Assembly (NCBI GenBank): GCA_051362555.1
Contig: CM120643.1
Location: 24,060,848 to 24,124,847, forward strand
Source: Lingula anatina
Lineage: Eukaryota; Animalia; Brachiopoda
Reading direction: 5' to 3'
Length of the DNA stretch: 64,000 bases
Below the pieces are notes generated by a model. The model ran no database searches, was not told where the DNA came from, and worked only from the letters and a program-made list of their open reading frames with translations. Each line of letters starts with the position of its first letter. Position 1 is the first letter of the stretch. Of the stretch, positions 1 through 14,016 are shown piece after piece. The position numbers and the translations under genes are program-made.

Positions 1-3000
1 TTTCAGACCAATTATCACTTTATTTAAGGGGACTTCTCTGAATTCCCCTTGAACTTAGGTACAACACATTTTGGCCTAAAAGTTTAATTTTCAAATGTTC
101 ACTGGTACCCGAGGGCTAACCAGCAGGGTATCGTCCATCCTAATAACGTTGCCTGAATTGAATTCAACATTCTGAGGTAAAAATGTTTATTTGCCAAATA
201 GGCTAACTCTTAAATTGCATTTATTTTCAGCAGGTAGCTTACATTGTATTTTATTATATTCAACTATTTAGTGTGCTAAATGCACATCAGTGAAACTGTA
301 ATGTTGCGCTACAGTTTGGACAATTTAGGAACAGTTGGTAGGACAATCGATCGAAACAGGAAGGGCGTGGAGCTACAACCGAGATGATTTTGTTTTTGTT
401 GTCTTTCAGCGCAGCTCAGGTAAAAACATGATCTCTTGTGCAGTTTTTATGGCGCCTTTGCGTGATCAAGTGTATTGTTTGAGGTCCCCAGGAGATATGT
501 TCTACTTCCCATTAAAGTATATACCTGCGGTGTTCATTCTTCCTGCAGTGATGATCGGTTACCATAATTGATATATTCCGTGAGGCAGGTTTTTTTTATA
601 TGGCATTTTGTACCAGGGAAAAAGGGCATTTCATTTTTATATGACTTGATACCGTGGTTGCCTTCTTCAATTACAATACCGAGAGTTTTCTGTCACCACC
701 TGATGCTGCACCGAGTTTTGCGGTTTTTCGTGACAAAGCATTATTGACAACAATATCATTTTTCTAAGAAGCAACCTCCAAGAATGGAACGCCTCTGAGG
801 TCTAGGCGGCATCATTACAAAGATATGGGCACCGCACTGTGCCATCCAGTCCAAATGTCAATATTTCATGCAATGAAATCGACGCAGTTGTAATCATATT
901 GGTATTCTACAGTGTACGTACTTGGAAAGCAATGTTTACCTATAAGTGCTTCCCGTTATGATGCAGGCAACCTCCTAACCAACATCCTCCTCTTGTTTTG
1001 CTCAATATATCGGTCTTTCAACTTGGATTTAATTCACTCGATGCTATACAGATATCCAGAAAGAATATAGCATCGGTCATCGGTTCAATTATTGTTGCCT
1101 CAGCCACGATATAAAGCCACTAAAAGTGTATCTAGAGGCCTAATTTAATTCAATATTCTTATGATAAATTAGATTTGGTAAAACTGTAAAGCGATATTAC
1201 TTCTACTGCTCTTTGCGCTCCCATATAGCGACTGGCTTGTTAAATACGAGATATGTGGAGATGTGTGAAGCGGCATGCACCCTTTGCAGTCAGATAAAAA
1301 TTCATCATTATTTCCTTCAATATTTTTCACCTTCTAATATGTCTCCAACGAAGTTCACGGTCTCACTACAATATTTTGCGCCCTCGATATATTTGTCGAT
1401 AAGTATTAGTATTAACCCTTATAAGGATTCGATTGATACTGGTATCATATATACATAATATATACCCCAATATGAATACCTTTGACTACTGTTAGTCTGT
1501 ATTTGAATTCACTTAATGAGCACGGTCATAAATATATTATTCTGCACGCTTTTGTTATATATTCTGTCTATATTCTTAAATTCGTATATTTAATCACAAA
1601 CCCATGATAAAACTACAATATGTTATGACATTCACGTGTTATTTGTGAATTCATTTAACGAATATTTATTGCATGATTATTGCAAAATGGAACAACACGA
1701 CCATCCTCTGGTGTTTTTTCTTGTTCTCTGAAATCGTTGGACATGTCTCATAAAGTTGAGAGCCGCTGCTGCGCTGCCGTTTCTGGTTTCTTGTACTTGT
1801 ACTCGTGACACACATTGCAAATATTACATTGAGATGTTCATATCACCCACGAGAGGAAAATCAGAGACTCAACTGAAGGGTGGTACTGTCCTTAAGGATA
1901 AACAATTGCTAATTACGGTCTGCATCGATTCTTTAATTGCTTCCAATTTGGCTCCATTTACTAATCGAATGGCTCAGTGGCTAGAATTATTCATGAATTG
2001 GCCTGAGACGATATCAGTTACGTCCTAATTTAAGGTTACGGGCACAAATGAATAGCTTGTAAAAATAAATAAACGGCTAGCTGGCATTCTATGGTATGAT
2101 GAAACACTTAAATATAAGTAACAGAATATTGACGCGGCGGCAGTTAGCCATGTCTCGCTGTGGACGGATATTGTTTCAGACAATAGGCTGTTTGATGCCA
2201 GCACTTGCTGAAATTGGTAGCCAGACTGTATACAAGTCTAGTTACATAATAAACCTTTAGATATATAGAATAATAAAGAAAGATGAATAAAATTTGAATT
2301 TTTCTGCGTATAAGCAATAACTCTATCTGACGTTGCTGACTTTTTACATGACTACAACGATTTATGGTCAGAAAAGGCGAGATAACTATGTGAATTAGAA
2401 TTTACTGGCTTCTGCATGGCTAACTTTGAATGTTTCCAATGTAAAGACTTCCAGATCATGCACTGGAAATGTCTAAGCTAAAGGACATCAATAAAATATG
2501 GAATTTTCCCAGCTACGTCACTTTGCTTAACATCATGCTTAACTTAACCGAAAACATCAGCGTTCAATATCCTGACTGTTTATCATTGTTTGCAGTAGAA
2601 AACGCTGGTCGTGGGTAATAGATCGCGTAATGGGTGAAAAGTAAAGAACAAAGTGCAGAATTAGCATTAATTCTAAGTCTCCACCTCTCTTTTCGCCGTT
2701 TTCATAAAACAACTGCTATTGAGTCGACATCCATTCCTTTCCCAGAAGATGAGAGAAAACAGACAACCTATTTCCCACGGACTTATTTTTATCAAATAAT
2801 GCCGCCAAGCTGCGTAGATCAGAAAGTAAAAGCAATATGTTGAAAGAACACTTTTTCTAAAACTTGTTTTTAGCGAGACAGGGAGGGGAGTCCACAGTGA
2901 CCATAGTGAGGTCAGTCAAAATTTGAAGTGAAAAATTAAGGATAGCAACATTTATAGAAGGTCGAAAACGATTAATTGTGAAGGAACGCCAAAGATGTAG

Positions 3001-3157
3001 AGTTTATATGCCAGTAGCCTTTTCTGAAGAAACAAACGTTGAAGATGTCTTTTCTTGCTATTCTAAGATTGCAAATTGATTTTGTAAATCTTGTGGAGTT
3101 TGCGACTGTAGTGTCGGAGTTTCCGTTCTGAATAACATTATTTTCCCTCGCCAAACC

Positions 3158-3212
3158 ATACACACGCGAGCGCGCGCGCGCGCGCAGACACACACACACA
3201 CACACACACACG
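3158..3212. repeat. (CG)n-(CA)n compound microsatellite
   Basis: Direct reading. Confidence 0.9.
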
Positions 3213-4073
3213 TATGTATGCGTGCGAGAGTTGGTTGAGACAGAAAACACAGTAACAAAATTGGATTCCCAAAAGGTGCAATAGGCTTAATAAGCAAGCA
3301 AGCATGCAGTGTTTTGACGAGCGTACACGATGGATTTAAGCGCGCTGTAGGGTCCTTAACATGTAAACATGTGTGATAGGCTCCGCCCTTGCTGTCACTG
3401 TAAGCAGTGAAACGAAACTAGTACACTGTCAAAAGAAAATTAATTGTTCATTTACCCAGCTTCGTTGATAGTCGAAACGAGAAAAAAAGGACTGGATATC
3501 TACATTATATGCTTTCGCGTGCTGTCGCCATGGTGATGTATATTACATTTTCTCCCCCTGATCCGCCACGCTTGCGTCAATGGTGTCTCTAGGGTATTTT
3601 GTTCATGTTTGCTTGCCTGAAAAAAAAAAGAGTGTAGTAAGCCATTTAGCTTCACGGAGCTTAGCTCACATCGAACGGTGCGTCGAATCAGGGCCTTTTC
3701 ACAGCGAACGGTACACTTAACTGGACCGATCCACTTTGAAGGACTGGCAATAGTAGTTTGGCTATTACATTATAAAGTCACCTAGGGAAAATTGCTTTAT
3801 AATTTTTGCGTTTCTGTCAGTTTAGGGCAGATTTGGCAAAATCCCCATATGATGCAATGTAATAACATCTTTGGACGCTACCTCCGGTAAACAAGCTTGA
3901 CTATCCCGTCTCTTTTCACCTTTTCTACCCATATGTCTATGGTTTCTAAGTGTAGTCTTACAATTCTTATCAAAATGGCAAAGGCAGCACCGCACTGCTT
4001 AGATTATATAACGTTGATACATGTATCTATTAAAAGTTAGAAGTGGGAACATCGCACAATGAGATTAGATATA

Positions 4074-5735
4074 CAGACTTGACATTTAATATGGAATATT
4101 TCAGTTTCGAAGGTATGCCTAGGTAAAAATGCATTCTTTTTTCAAAAAACTCCGATCTCATATAAGATATGTGAATGGAGAAGTGTGTAGCCAGGTGTGT
4201 CGCTTCCAATAAACTGAATACCAGGTTTGTTGCGCTGCTGCATTATGTAATATGCAGTGATTTAATTGGGTAGTGCTCCTTTGGGCAGGTCATAGCTTGG
4301 CTTTGGCAAAGCATGGTTCTGTCAAAAAAGTATCCATATGTCGGCAACTACTGCATAGAAGAATTTGAAATTTTGCATGCAAGTGGTCGGTTTTGCAAGG
4401 TGTAAAATGAGCTATGCAGTGCTCTGCATATTTGTTAATCTGTGGCAGAATGGCGCGAAAAAGACAGACATTGCCAGACAGATAATTGCGCCAAACGAAA
4501 CGGTCCGCACAGTTTTATAGAGTAATACCCAGTTTGATGTACCTACACAGAAGCCACAACCAATGTATTGAAATCTTACCACCAGGGTACAGGACCCACT
4601 GTCTGTCGGGATATGCTATTGCAACTAAACAAAAACCACCAAGTCCGTTCAGCATGAGGGGCAAATTGCCACCAAAACGCATTTTTCAAGGTACATTAGC
4701 GAACACCAAGCTTGTTTTAGCTGGTTAGAATACCGGTCGACCTCAGGGGAACCCACCGTAAACAGCAAAACGTCGTTGTATGTTTCTCTAATGAATTTGG
4801 GACCCTAATCGTTTCTGAGTTGAACACTGAAACCTCGTGACTTTCTTTATTGAGGTCAGCTTTCACCTGTACCGCTCAACCAGCCAAAACAGAGTTTACA
4901 GACATCCAGCAAAGGCCAACGACTAAGCGTGTGCCGCGTCTAAAGTGACTTAGGTCATTAACAGCGTCAGTAATTGGAGTGGATACCACATTGGTGCCAA
5001 AACACCAATGATGGTCATCCACGAAAACCTGGACCAGATCAAATAAAGGAATAATCTGAGAACCACTTGACTATCATTTGATAGGGGGCACCTTAGGAAC
5101 AATTTTAGGTTGCACGGTGAAATTCCCGGTACACACATAGCACTTTTAACAGCAGATTACTTACAGAACCAAGGGAATGAGCAGATATCTTGGTAATCAA
5201 AATCGCCATATTTGAACCACATAGACAATATGTGGGCAGGCCATTACTGGCCGAATCAATGGCCTACATGTCCTACAACAAAACTGGACCAAATTGGACA
5301 GATTTTGACCGATGCCTGGAATTTTATTCCAGATTGAACTCTTAAAACCTAACCCAATGAATGCCTTGCCACTTGAGAGCGCTGGTAGCAAACAGAAAAG
5401 GTCAAGCGTAACAGCTACCGTTACTGTGACTCGACACTGACATGGGGGTTCTTTGTGAGGCGTGTAACTCTTTTACAGAAAATAATTTGGAAAATATTGA
5501 GATCCAAAATATCGCTTTTAATTGTTGTCGTATGACATAGAATAGGCAACGTGTTTTTGTTTGCTTCTCTGGCAAATTCCATTAATGATCTGATGTCACA
5601 ATGACATCAAAGAGATAATTAAAAGTTATTAAAACACGATGTTAATCCTTATTTTCATTTATCAGTCAGCAAAATAGGAAAAAACTGATGAAAAATGATT
5701 TGGAAAAAAATATTCCATATTAAATGTCAAGTCTG
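4074..5735 (+). mobile_element. Tc1/mariner DNA transposon, full length but decayed
   Basis: 28-bp TIRs CAGACTTGACATTTAATATGGAATATTT and its reverse complement; TA on both flanks; internal transposase remnant. Confidence 0.9.
4790..5420 (+). pseudogene. Tc1-type transposase pseudogene, catalytic region
   Basis: SVSNWSG...KTPMMVIHENL...THIALLTADYLQNQGNEQISW*SKSPYLNHIDNMW (last motif 5191-5235) matches the Tc1 WPxxSPDLNPIENxW motif; several stops and frameshifts. Boundaries approximate. Confidence 0.8.
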
Positions 5736-6540
5736 TATGTAGGCCTATACACGTACATGTAGATCTTTAACAGCTTTGCCGCTACAGCATTTTTTTTCCA
5801 GAAAGGTATTACATTTATCTATAGCCATCTTTGCAAATGAACCTAGTTTGTGTTGGCGCACATTTTCCATTTAAAACCACGGCACTGTATCATAACCAGA
5901 AGGCATGGATTTGCCTGCATTTTCAGATAAACCGTTATACGATATAGGCGATAGACCTAAAATATCACAATTAATCCCTACCGACTTGAGTGCATTTCGT
6001 TTATTTCCCGAGGAAGATCATGGTACATTTGTTTCAATCGATTAATTATTATGCTCTCAGCATCCGGGATGTTTCATGGTGTGATTGCTCGTAAGGTAAC
6101 CCCGTCGACGCTATAGAAACTTGAGTCTTTTTAATAAAGACCCTCAGCATTCAAAGCATATTATGGATTGTTAAGCTTTAATTCTAATTCATTCTAGTTA
6201 CAGACGCTGTTTCAAACAAAATCAGGAGTTAAATAAATAAACGAATGAAATAATAATAAATAGAAACAATAATATAAGAAAAGAAAAGAATTTGACTTAT
6301 CAATTGAAATTTTGACATAGAAACGGCCAGCTTCAGGGAGAAACCATTGCAATAAAAAACACACAGTGCCTGAACGATTGAATTTATTCAAATGGAAAAA
6401 CATATTTGGGAAAAATCAATGACTTTTCACTTCTTATTTAATAGTTATACAGACCCCGGGATTAAAAAAGACATCAACTGACAATACGTGGAAACAGACA
6501 GACAGAGATTACCTTGAAAGGTCCCCTAGTGCGGCACTAT

Positions 6541-6748
6541 GCATTGCCGGGGCAATTTTGTGAAACACCATTGTGTGTGGCACCAAGCATTGCCTGGGCG
6601 ATTGTGTGAGACACCATTGTGTGAGGCACCAAGCATTGCCTGGGCAATTGTGTGAGACACCATTGTGTGTGGCACCAAGCATTGCCTGGGCAATTGTGTG
6701 AGACCCCATTGTTTGTGGCACCATGCAGTGCTTGGGCAGTTGTGTCTC
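6541..6748. repeat. 46-bp minisatellite, ~4.5 copies
   Basis: Unit CATTGTGTGTGGCACCAAGCATTGCCTGGGCAATTGTGTGAGACAC starting at 6569, 6615, 6661, 6707. Confidence 0.9.
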
Positions 6749-7764
6749 TGGACATTGGAGGCACTACCGCAGCAATGAACAATTTTGAGGGGAAAGTCTA
6801 TTATTTACACGTGTCCAGGTGGAAACCACCTACCACTGTCTCATAAGTTGAGATTCTTCCATTTGTCATTTTTTCTTTAGCAACAGAGCCTGCTTTTAGG
6901 ACAATTCCCCAAAGGCATCATATACACATTGATGACATTGTAGTTAATGAGAACATAATTCTATTCAAAATACTGGTTGATATGTGAAGGAAGGAAAGAG
7001 TATCAATTTCAGAACATAGCGTGTCTATAATGACGTTGTTAAGAAGATTACATTGCCCTTACACACCGAGGTCCATATCCCCCAGGTACGGTATCTAATG
7101 CGATAACGCTGATAATTTGCATGTGAAGTATTTAAGGAAATACGTAAACCAGAAATTGACTTGTTTTGTACCAACTTAAATAATAATGGATGCGCAATTT
7201 CAAAATTAAGATCATTTTTTTATTATAAGCGTTAAAAATGCGACTGTTTTCCACTATTCCAGTGAAGTGAGATACTGTCTTTTGCACTTTTGTAAGAGAT
7301 GACATGTTGCATTTTCAGTTTTCATTTTTTCGGCTTTTTTGGTTATTTGCAAATTTGGCAGAAAAAGTATGACTTCATCTCTTGCTTTGGTTGCCAAAAA
7401 AATCGTCCCAGTAGGTCAAGATTACTGTTCATGTTTTGCAGTGCGTGTAAAAAAAATTTTTTTTTTCATAAAAGTGGCACTTAACCTTTTAAGAAGTCGA
7501 ATATAAGTACGAAATCGAATTAGCTTATGTTATTGGAAGGAATGAACTAGGGATTGGGATGGGTTTTGTCACAAACCATTCGTCTCTCCAGGTAAAATGG
7601 TTGGCTTTTCCCAGCGACTGGTTATACCGGTATTCTACTCAACTACCGGGGAAAATGCTGATATCAATTTGATGGAGTCATTAACAAAGCAACTTGGAGA
7701 CATACTTTGAGTTGAGTTAGTTAAGGTTTCATATACATGATGGTCGATATCGAAGCATTTCTAA

Positions 7765-9728
7765 TAGTAGGCTTGCTAAGGACCAAAAAATGGCCAAACG
7801 CTGCATTTTGTAGTACAAATGTCTAACTTGGCATAAATGTTCCTTGGGCCAAAAGAAAATTTTTTATCCAAAGAGACGCCCTCTATCGATACATTAATTA
7901 GCATAAATTATGCAAATTAGGTGCCAAAATATATAATATTTCATATTTCCATTAATATTTGGCCTAGAAACATGTATAGATTATCAAACCTGACTAAATT
8001 AGGGACAAGGAACCCATTTTTGATCATTTGGAAGCAATTGGTGGCCATTTTGTGCCTCAAATCCAAGATGGCCGCCACCCGCCATTTTGAAAGTGGACAT
8101 AATTTTGCTATTTTATGTTGAATTTTGAAGCTTTTGGTCTAACTATACTTGATATGTATATCGATTCTTACTATTTTGGGGGTGCAAAAGTCATTTTTGA
8201 TATTGTTATGGTAATAGTAGGTGATTTGAAGGAACAAAGAGAGTGTTTTAAGTGCCTACCAAGATATGTGTGAACGCTGCAAAACCATGGATATTAATAA
8301 CCCGTATTCAAATATATCTCAATGCAATTTTTTGTTATATACCATCGCTATTGGACTATATTATGAGCAAAAAAACCCTCATTTTTACCATTATGGAGGC
8401 CATTGTGGCCGTTTTGTCCCTCAAATCCAAGATGGCCGCCAAAAACCATTTTGAAATTGGGCATAATTCGAAACTATATGTATTACATCTTTGTAAATGA
8501 GTAATACGTCGTTTTATATTATTTTCTGGTGCAGAATACATTATCTGTTTCATGAAATGTGAGTACAAACTATTTTAGCCTCCAAAATCAATATGCATGT
8601 AGGCTTAAGTTGTCAAATAGTCTAATTAGTACATGTAGTCTAATTAGTACAAAATGTTTTATTAAATCCTAAAGAGCTTGAAACAAGCGTCAAAGACCAA
8701 AATGGCTTAATTAAAGGTAAAGAATACATACTTGGTGCTTTGGAAACAAATGGTAGCCATTTTGATCCTCAAATCCAAGATGGCCGCCAGTCACAATTTT
8801 GAAATACGGGTAAGGCATAACTCATCAATTTGAAGCTATTGCTCTTACACTAGCATGTTATACATCGTTTCTTATCATTTGGGTTGTAGAAGTCGTGTCT
8901 TATCTCTTCTGAGATATAATACAAAAAGAAAATATTACAAGGCTCCAACACCAATACAGGCTTACGTCTTCACCTTCGCTTGTATACGTCTTGAAGTCAA
9001 ATTTGTGCAAAAATATGTTATATAACAATTATAAAATGGTTTTGCCAGACGTAGATTAAGTGCAAGAGACCAGCATGGCTGATTCGACTTTATGGTGACT
9101 ACTGTTAGCAATTCTGTTCTTCATATCCAACAGCCTGTCACTATTTTAAAATTATGGCATAATTGACCTTTTTGAGCTGTTGGACTTTCATATATGATCG
9201 TAATACATCAATTGATACTATTTTGGAAGTACGTAATTAATTTCCGGTGTTATTCTGGTGACAGAGGATAATAATAACAAAGGCATAAGGTGTTTTAAGA
9301 TGATTCCAAGATGAATTTTCCTGTAGTTGTCATATACTGTAGATGTTTTGTGCTTGTTCGTCCATTGGAAACAATGAGAACTATGTAGTTGCCTTATGGA
9401 TTACTATTGGTAGTGAGATGACTTGTCTGGCCAAATCATGCTAGGAATGATCACTGGCACTGTCAACTAGGAAAAGAGGCTGCTTCCTCTACTTTTTTGC
9501 TTTATCCCTCTTGCCTACCTGCGCAGCTGCTGTTTTCTAGTTGGTTTTGCAGATTCCTTCTTTTGTATAAAGATACCACTTTCCTCTGATGCGACATGTT
9601 CTCATGCATTGATGTTTCTCTGGAAACTGGATTTTAATATATTGTTTGGCTGTTTCTCATAGGACACTGACAAAACCTCAATTCTTACTGGCTGTTGTCT
9701 TATTGGCCTACCAGAGCTGATCATGCAT

Positions 9729-9781
<53 letters not shown>

Positions 9782-11506
9782 GCTGCTGGATGATTTTGCA
9801 GACAAGATCTGGAGCTATTTTAAAGCAAAGTCCATTTGCTTGTCTTTCACGGGCATTTTCGCATCAATACAACTAACCAAGTTCTATAGTATTATAAGAC
9901 GACACATTTTTCACCCTTCAAATTTTCTGGATTATATTTAACATGCAAATGCAAGCCCCAGTGACTGGGACACAAATGTAGATGTGGCTTTTTGGTTCAC
10001 ATTGACCAGTAAAAGATTAATAATATAATACCACTATGTATTTATATTTATTGCTTACCTTTAAATTATTCAGTATCTTTTAGTGGATGGTCACTTAAGG
10101 TAAATCTAGATGATATATTTGAGCATGTGGTTCGGGTTCCACATTTTTGTTACAGACTCAACGAAACTCATCTTGGAATTTATTTTACAACCTTATATTA
10201 CAGTACCTTTTTATTATCTTTTGTCACCAAATTAGCACCGGAAAATTACTTTTGAGCCCCCAGAATAGTACGATTTTACCTAATACAAGCCCACAGTTCA
10301 AAGGTTATAAATTACACCAAATTATTAAAATAGCGGCATGCAACCAACACTTGGTTTTGATCAAAATAATGGCTAACAATTATCCTCATGCGGTCAAAGA
10401 TGTATTATTTTGCTTTAATGCAGCCATTTTGTTTGCTGACACTTGTTTTATTGTTGGGGCAAAAGCAGTTTTGAACTTATTGGATTACTAATTGTACATA
10501 TAAACTGCAGGCCCATTTGGCGACTGAATCCTATATTTATTTGTAGGCTTATAAAAGTTTCTATTTACATTTTATGAAACCGAAAATGCATTCTGCACCA
10601 GGAAATAATCAAAAATGACGTATGGCACGCTTATGAAGGTGTGATAGTTTCAAAATGGTGAATAATGCTCAATTTGAAAATGGCGTATGAGGGTCATCTT
10701 GGATTTGAGGCACAAACTTTATGAAACAAATAATGTATTCTGCACCAGAAAATAATATAAAACGACGTATTACTCATTTACAAAGATGTAATACATATAG
10801 TTTCAAAATAGCGAATTATGCCCAATTTCAAAATAGTTTTTGGCGGCCATCTTGGATTTGAGGGACAAAACGGCCACAATGGCCTCCATAATGGTAAAAA
10901 TGAGGGTTTTTTGCTCATAATATAGTCCAATAGCGATGGTATATAACAAAAAATTGCATTGAGATATATTTGAATATGGGTTATTAATATCCATGGTTTT
11001 GCAGCGTTCACACATATCTTGGTAGGCACTTAAAACACCCTCTTTGTTCCTTCAAATCACCTACTATCACCATAACAATATCAAAAATGACTTTTGCACC
11101 CCCAAAATAGTAAGAATCGATATATATATCAAGTATAGTTAGACCAAACGCTTCAAAATTCAACATAAAATAGCAAAATTATGTCCACTTTCAAAATGGC
11201 GGGTGGCGGCCATCTTGGATTTGAGGCACAAAATGGCCACCAATTGCTTCCAAATGATCAAAAATGGGTTCCTTGTCCCTAATTTAGTCAGGTTTGATAA
11301 TCTATACATGTTTCTAGGCCAAATATTAATGGAAATATGAAATATTATATATTTTGGCACCTAATTTGCATAATTTATGCTAATTAATGTATCGATAGAG
11401 GGCGTCTCTTTGGATAAAAAATTTTCTTTTGGCCCAAGGAACATTTATGCCAAGTTAGACATTTGTACTATAAAATGCAGCGTTTGACCTCTTAACAAGC
11501 CTACTA
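7765..11506. mobile_element. Foldback-type DNA transposon with ~790-bp TIRs (Academ-like, non-autonomous)
   Basis: 7765-~8557 is nearly the reverse complement of ~10718-11506 (mirror ORFs 7921..8121 and 11160..11360 are identical). Ends TAGTAGG...CCTACTA flanked by TAA/TAA. Superfamily assignment is an inference. Confidence 0.85.
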
Positions 11507-13864
11507 TAAGAAAACTAAATGAAATTAATCTGTCTTACTTGAAAGTACGGGTACTAAATAGGTTAACTGGTGTCTTCAGCCATTGTTAATGAGAATAGGA
11601 GGTAATTGGAGTCACCACCAGGGCAAAATAATTGTCACCTGAGATCATGACTAGGTCTAGGAAACCATTCTTCTTGATCAAGGTAATGATCAGAAAGATA
11701 ACCTCCTTTTCTCCTTAAATGACGGTTCACATAAATCATTTCAGTGGCAAAATGCCCTGCTTCTGAAAGCCATACTTTTGTTCAAACATAGTATATGTCC
11801 AATTTGATTCAGTCATTTCGTGTCTGTTAAACGTACGCATTGCAGTATGGCCAAACCCTACATGGTCACATTGAATAATGTTAATCAAAATAAACAACTC
11901 ACAATTAAAGTGACGCTGTATGTAATTCTGCCGCCCGTAACAATATTCTAATATTAACCAGCCATAACAGTATAACCACCATCCCGTCTTAGCATTGAGG
12001 CCAATAAATTTCAGGTATCACGCTAATCCAGCTCCCATGACACCATCTAACAAAGATATAACATGCCTTTCAGTTACAGACATTGGATTAAAAGCTGTCC
12101 CTAGAATCCTCTTGGGTTAACACGATTTTCAAGGGCAGACACGACCCCAGTGAGCTCTTAGCATATTGCTTACATGTCGCTGCATGAATCAGTAAATTGA
12201 GAACCTTATGGATTTTGAATGTTTTCAGCGAGTCCTTATCATCAGACTAGCAGGCCGTTAGTCGATTAATCGGTGGTGTAATACATGTAGGCCTACTTAT
12301 ATCCAAAGGTATACTTCTCATGGCTAGGTTAGCTAGATACAAAATGCTCTACATGTATAGATGTGTGCGTTTTCGTGAACCGAGACTTTTCACCTGGTTA
12401 AGCGCCAGCTGTCTTGTAGAAACGTCGCTTAATTGCAATGTTTCATGTTTAATCGAACTGTGAATTTCAGTTTAGAGGGCGGTTAATGTCATATTATATA
12501 AACAGATTCGATTGGGTTGAACCTAACTGCTATCTAAAAACTGCAATTGTTAGTGGTAATTAGGTGTTTGCAAATCCACATCTAACTGGACTGCATTTTA
12601 TATACATTGTATCCTTAGGGCAACACTGGCCCCGAATTAGTTTCTAAAGTTCAAAACCTATAGTCTGACTATCTGTTAGCTTGCCGTTGGTTCCCCGTAA
12701 AGAGACAGTTAGATTACAGTACATACTGATGTAGTCAGACTTAGCCAGACTGGACACAATATTCTCTGACCAATGAAATCGCGATTCGAAATGAGTTTCC
12801 TATTTCCAAGGACAAAGGTTCATCACCGAAGAACAAACCATTATCTTGCAATTGTTCGCAAGTGCCAATAGTGTAGAAAGAAATTATGTCTTAGCAAAGT
12901 CATTTTTCATGCCTCATGTTATATGCACTGAGATCAGGGAATTTGTAGTCCATAATGAGTTTGGATGAAGTGCTGAGAGCCCAGGGCCTCACCATAAGAT
13001 AAACAGGCAATTATCTTGCAATGTTGACCAGTGGTTGGTCGGTTTAATTGTATTGCAATGCAGCATCGAACACGTCTGGCAGTTGTCATTTTGCCGGACT
13101 ATGCAATATGTTAATATGAGACCTATAAAGCGTTTTGATTGAAAGAAACCGGGTTTTGAACAAAACGGCGTTCGTAATCATCAAATTTTTAACCCATTTC
13201 ATTTGGTCTCCGTGGGAGTTGTGATTACAAATTAAGCACGTTGCCCGGACAGGAAACAAGCTAAGAACCGGAAATATAGGGCCATTTGCTTGTAAATGGA
13301 CATGGAATGTGGTTATGATTACACTGAACCGAGTTTTGCCATCTGGAGGAGGATATATAGTCTGACTGTGACGCCTTAAATCAGTACCTACATGTAGTAT
13401 CCCAATGAATTCGTTAATTCGATCACTACATAACCATAAAAAGCATACCTCTGTCGGCCTTTCCGCTAGCACAATGTGGACTGAAAATGTGGCCTCCATT
13501 GCCAATCATTATCTTTTTTTTACAGTTGCCAACCAATTTCAAAATTAAAGATTACAAGTGGGAAAAGGCAAATTCACCAGATTGTATAAAATGTTCTCTA
13601 GGGTATTCAGATGTTCGGGACAAATAAATTAAATTGCTCAAGGTATTAATAACATCAAATCTCGGCTACAGTAGATCCAACACACAATTAGACACAAAGA
13701 TCTGTGTGCTGTCAAATTAAGCTAGATCCCATTGGAACAAGCCAACTGGCTCCCGTCGATAAGATACGAAGTAATCCGAGGTTGGCCGAAGAGATTGGAT
13801 CGAATTTTCATTGTCGCTAAGACTCCATTCACTTACCTAGATCGATCTTACATGACAATTTAGG

Positions 13865-14016
13865 GGTTTCTCGCTAAATTGCTTCCAGCTTAAGCGGAAT
13901 AGATGTCTGGCACGCTTACTGAAGCTGCTAAACGAAAGTTAATTGCCCCCTGACAGCTTCGGTAGGCATACCAGACCTCCGAGCCGCTTAAGCTGAAAGC
14001 AATTTAGCGAAAAACC
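13865..14016. mobile_element. Small MITE-like inverted repeat
   Basis: 33-bp arms GGTTTCTCGCTAAATTGCTTCCAGCTTAAGCGG / CCGCTTAAGCTGAAAGCAATTTAGCGAAAAACC with 2 mismatches; no clear TSD. Confidence 0.6.

Noticed and set aside
410-419. Possible 10-nt microexon (tctttcag CGCAGCTCAG gtaaaa)
   Set aside because: Splice-like signals only; no frame or homology support.
6509-6846. Repetitive ORFs as a repeat protein
   Set aside because: The 46-bp unit is not a multiple of 3, so this is a non-coding minisatellite.
9602-9941. Poly-Lys / poly-Phe ORFs
   Set aside because: Translation of a poly-T tract. I tried the surrounding interior for transposase motifs and found none I could defend.
7921-11360. 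Identical ORF pairs on opposite strands as duplicated genes
   Set aside because: They are a by-product of the long TIRs and have no protein-like features.
13086-13505. 139-aa minus-strand ORF
   Set aside because: Non-ATG start, no motif and no clear splice context; consistent with a chance ORF.
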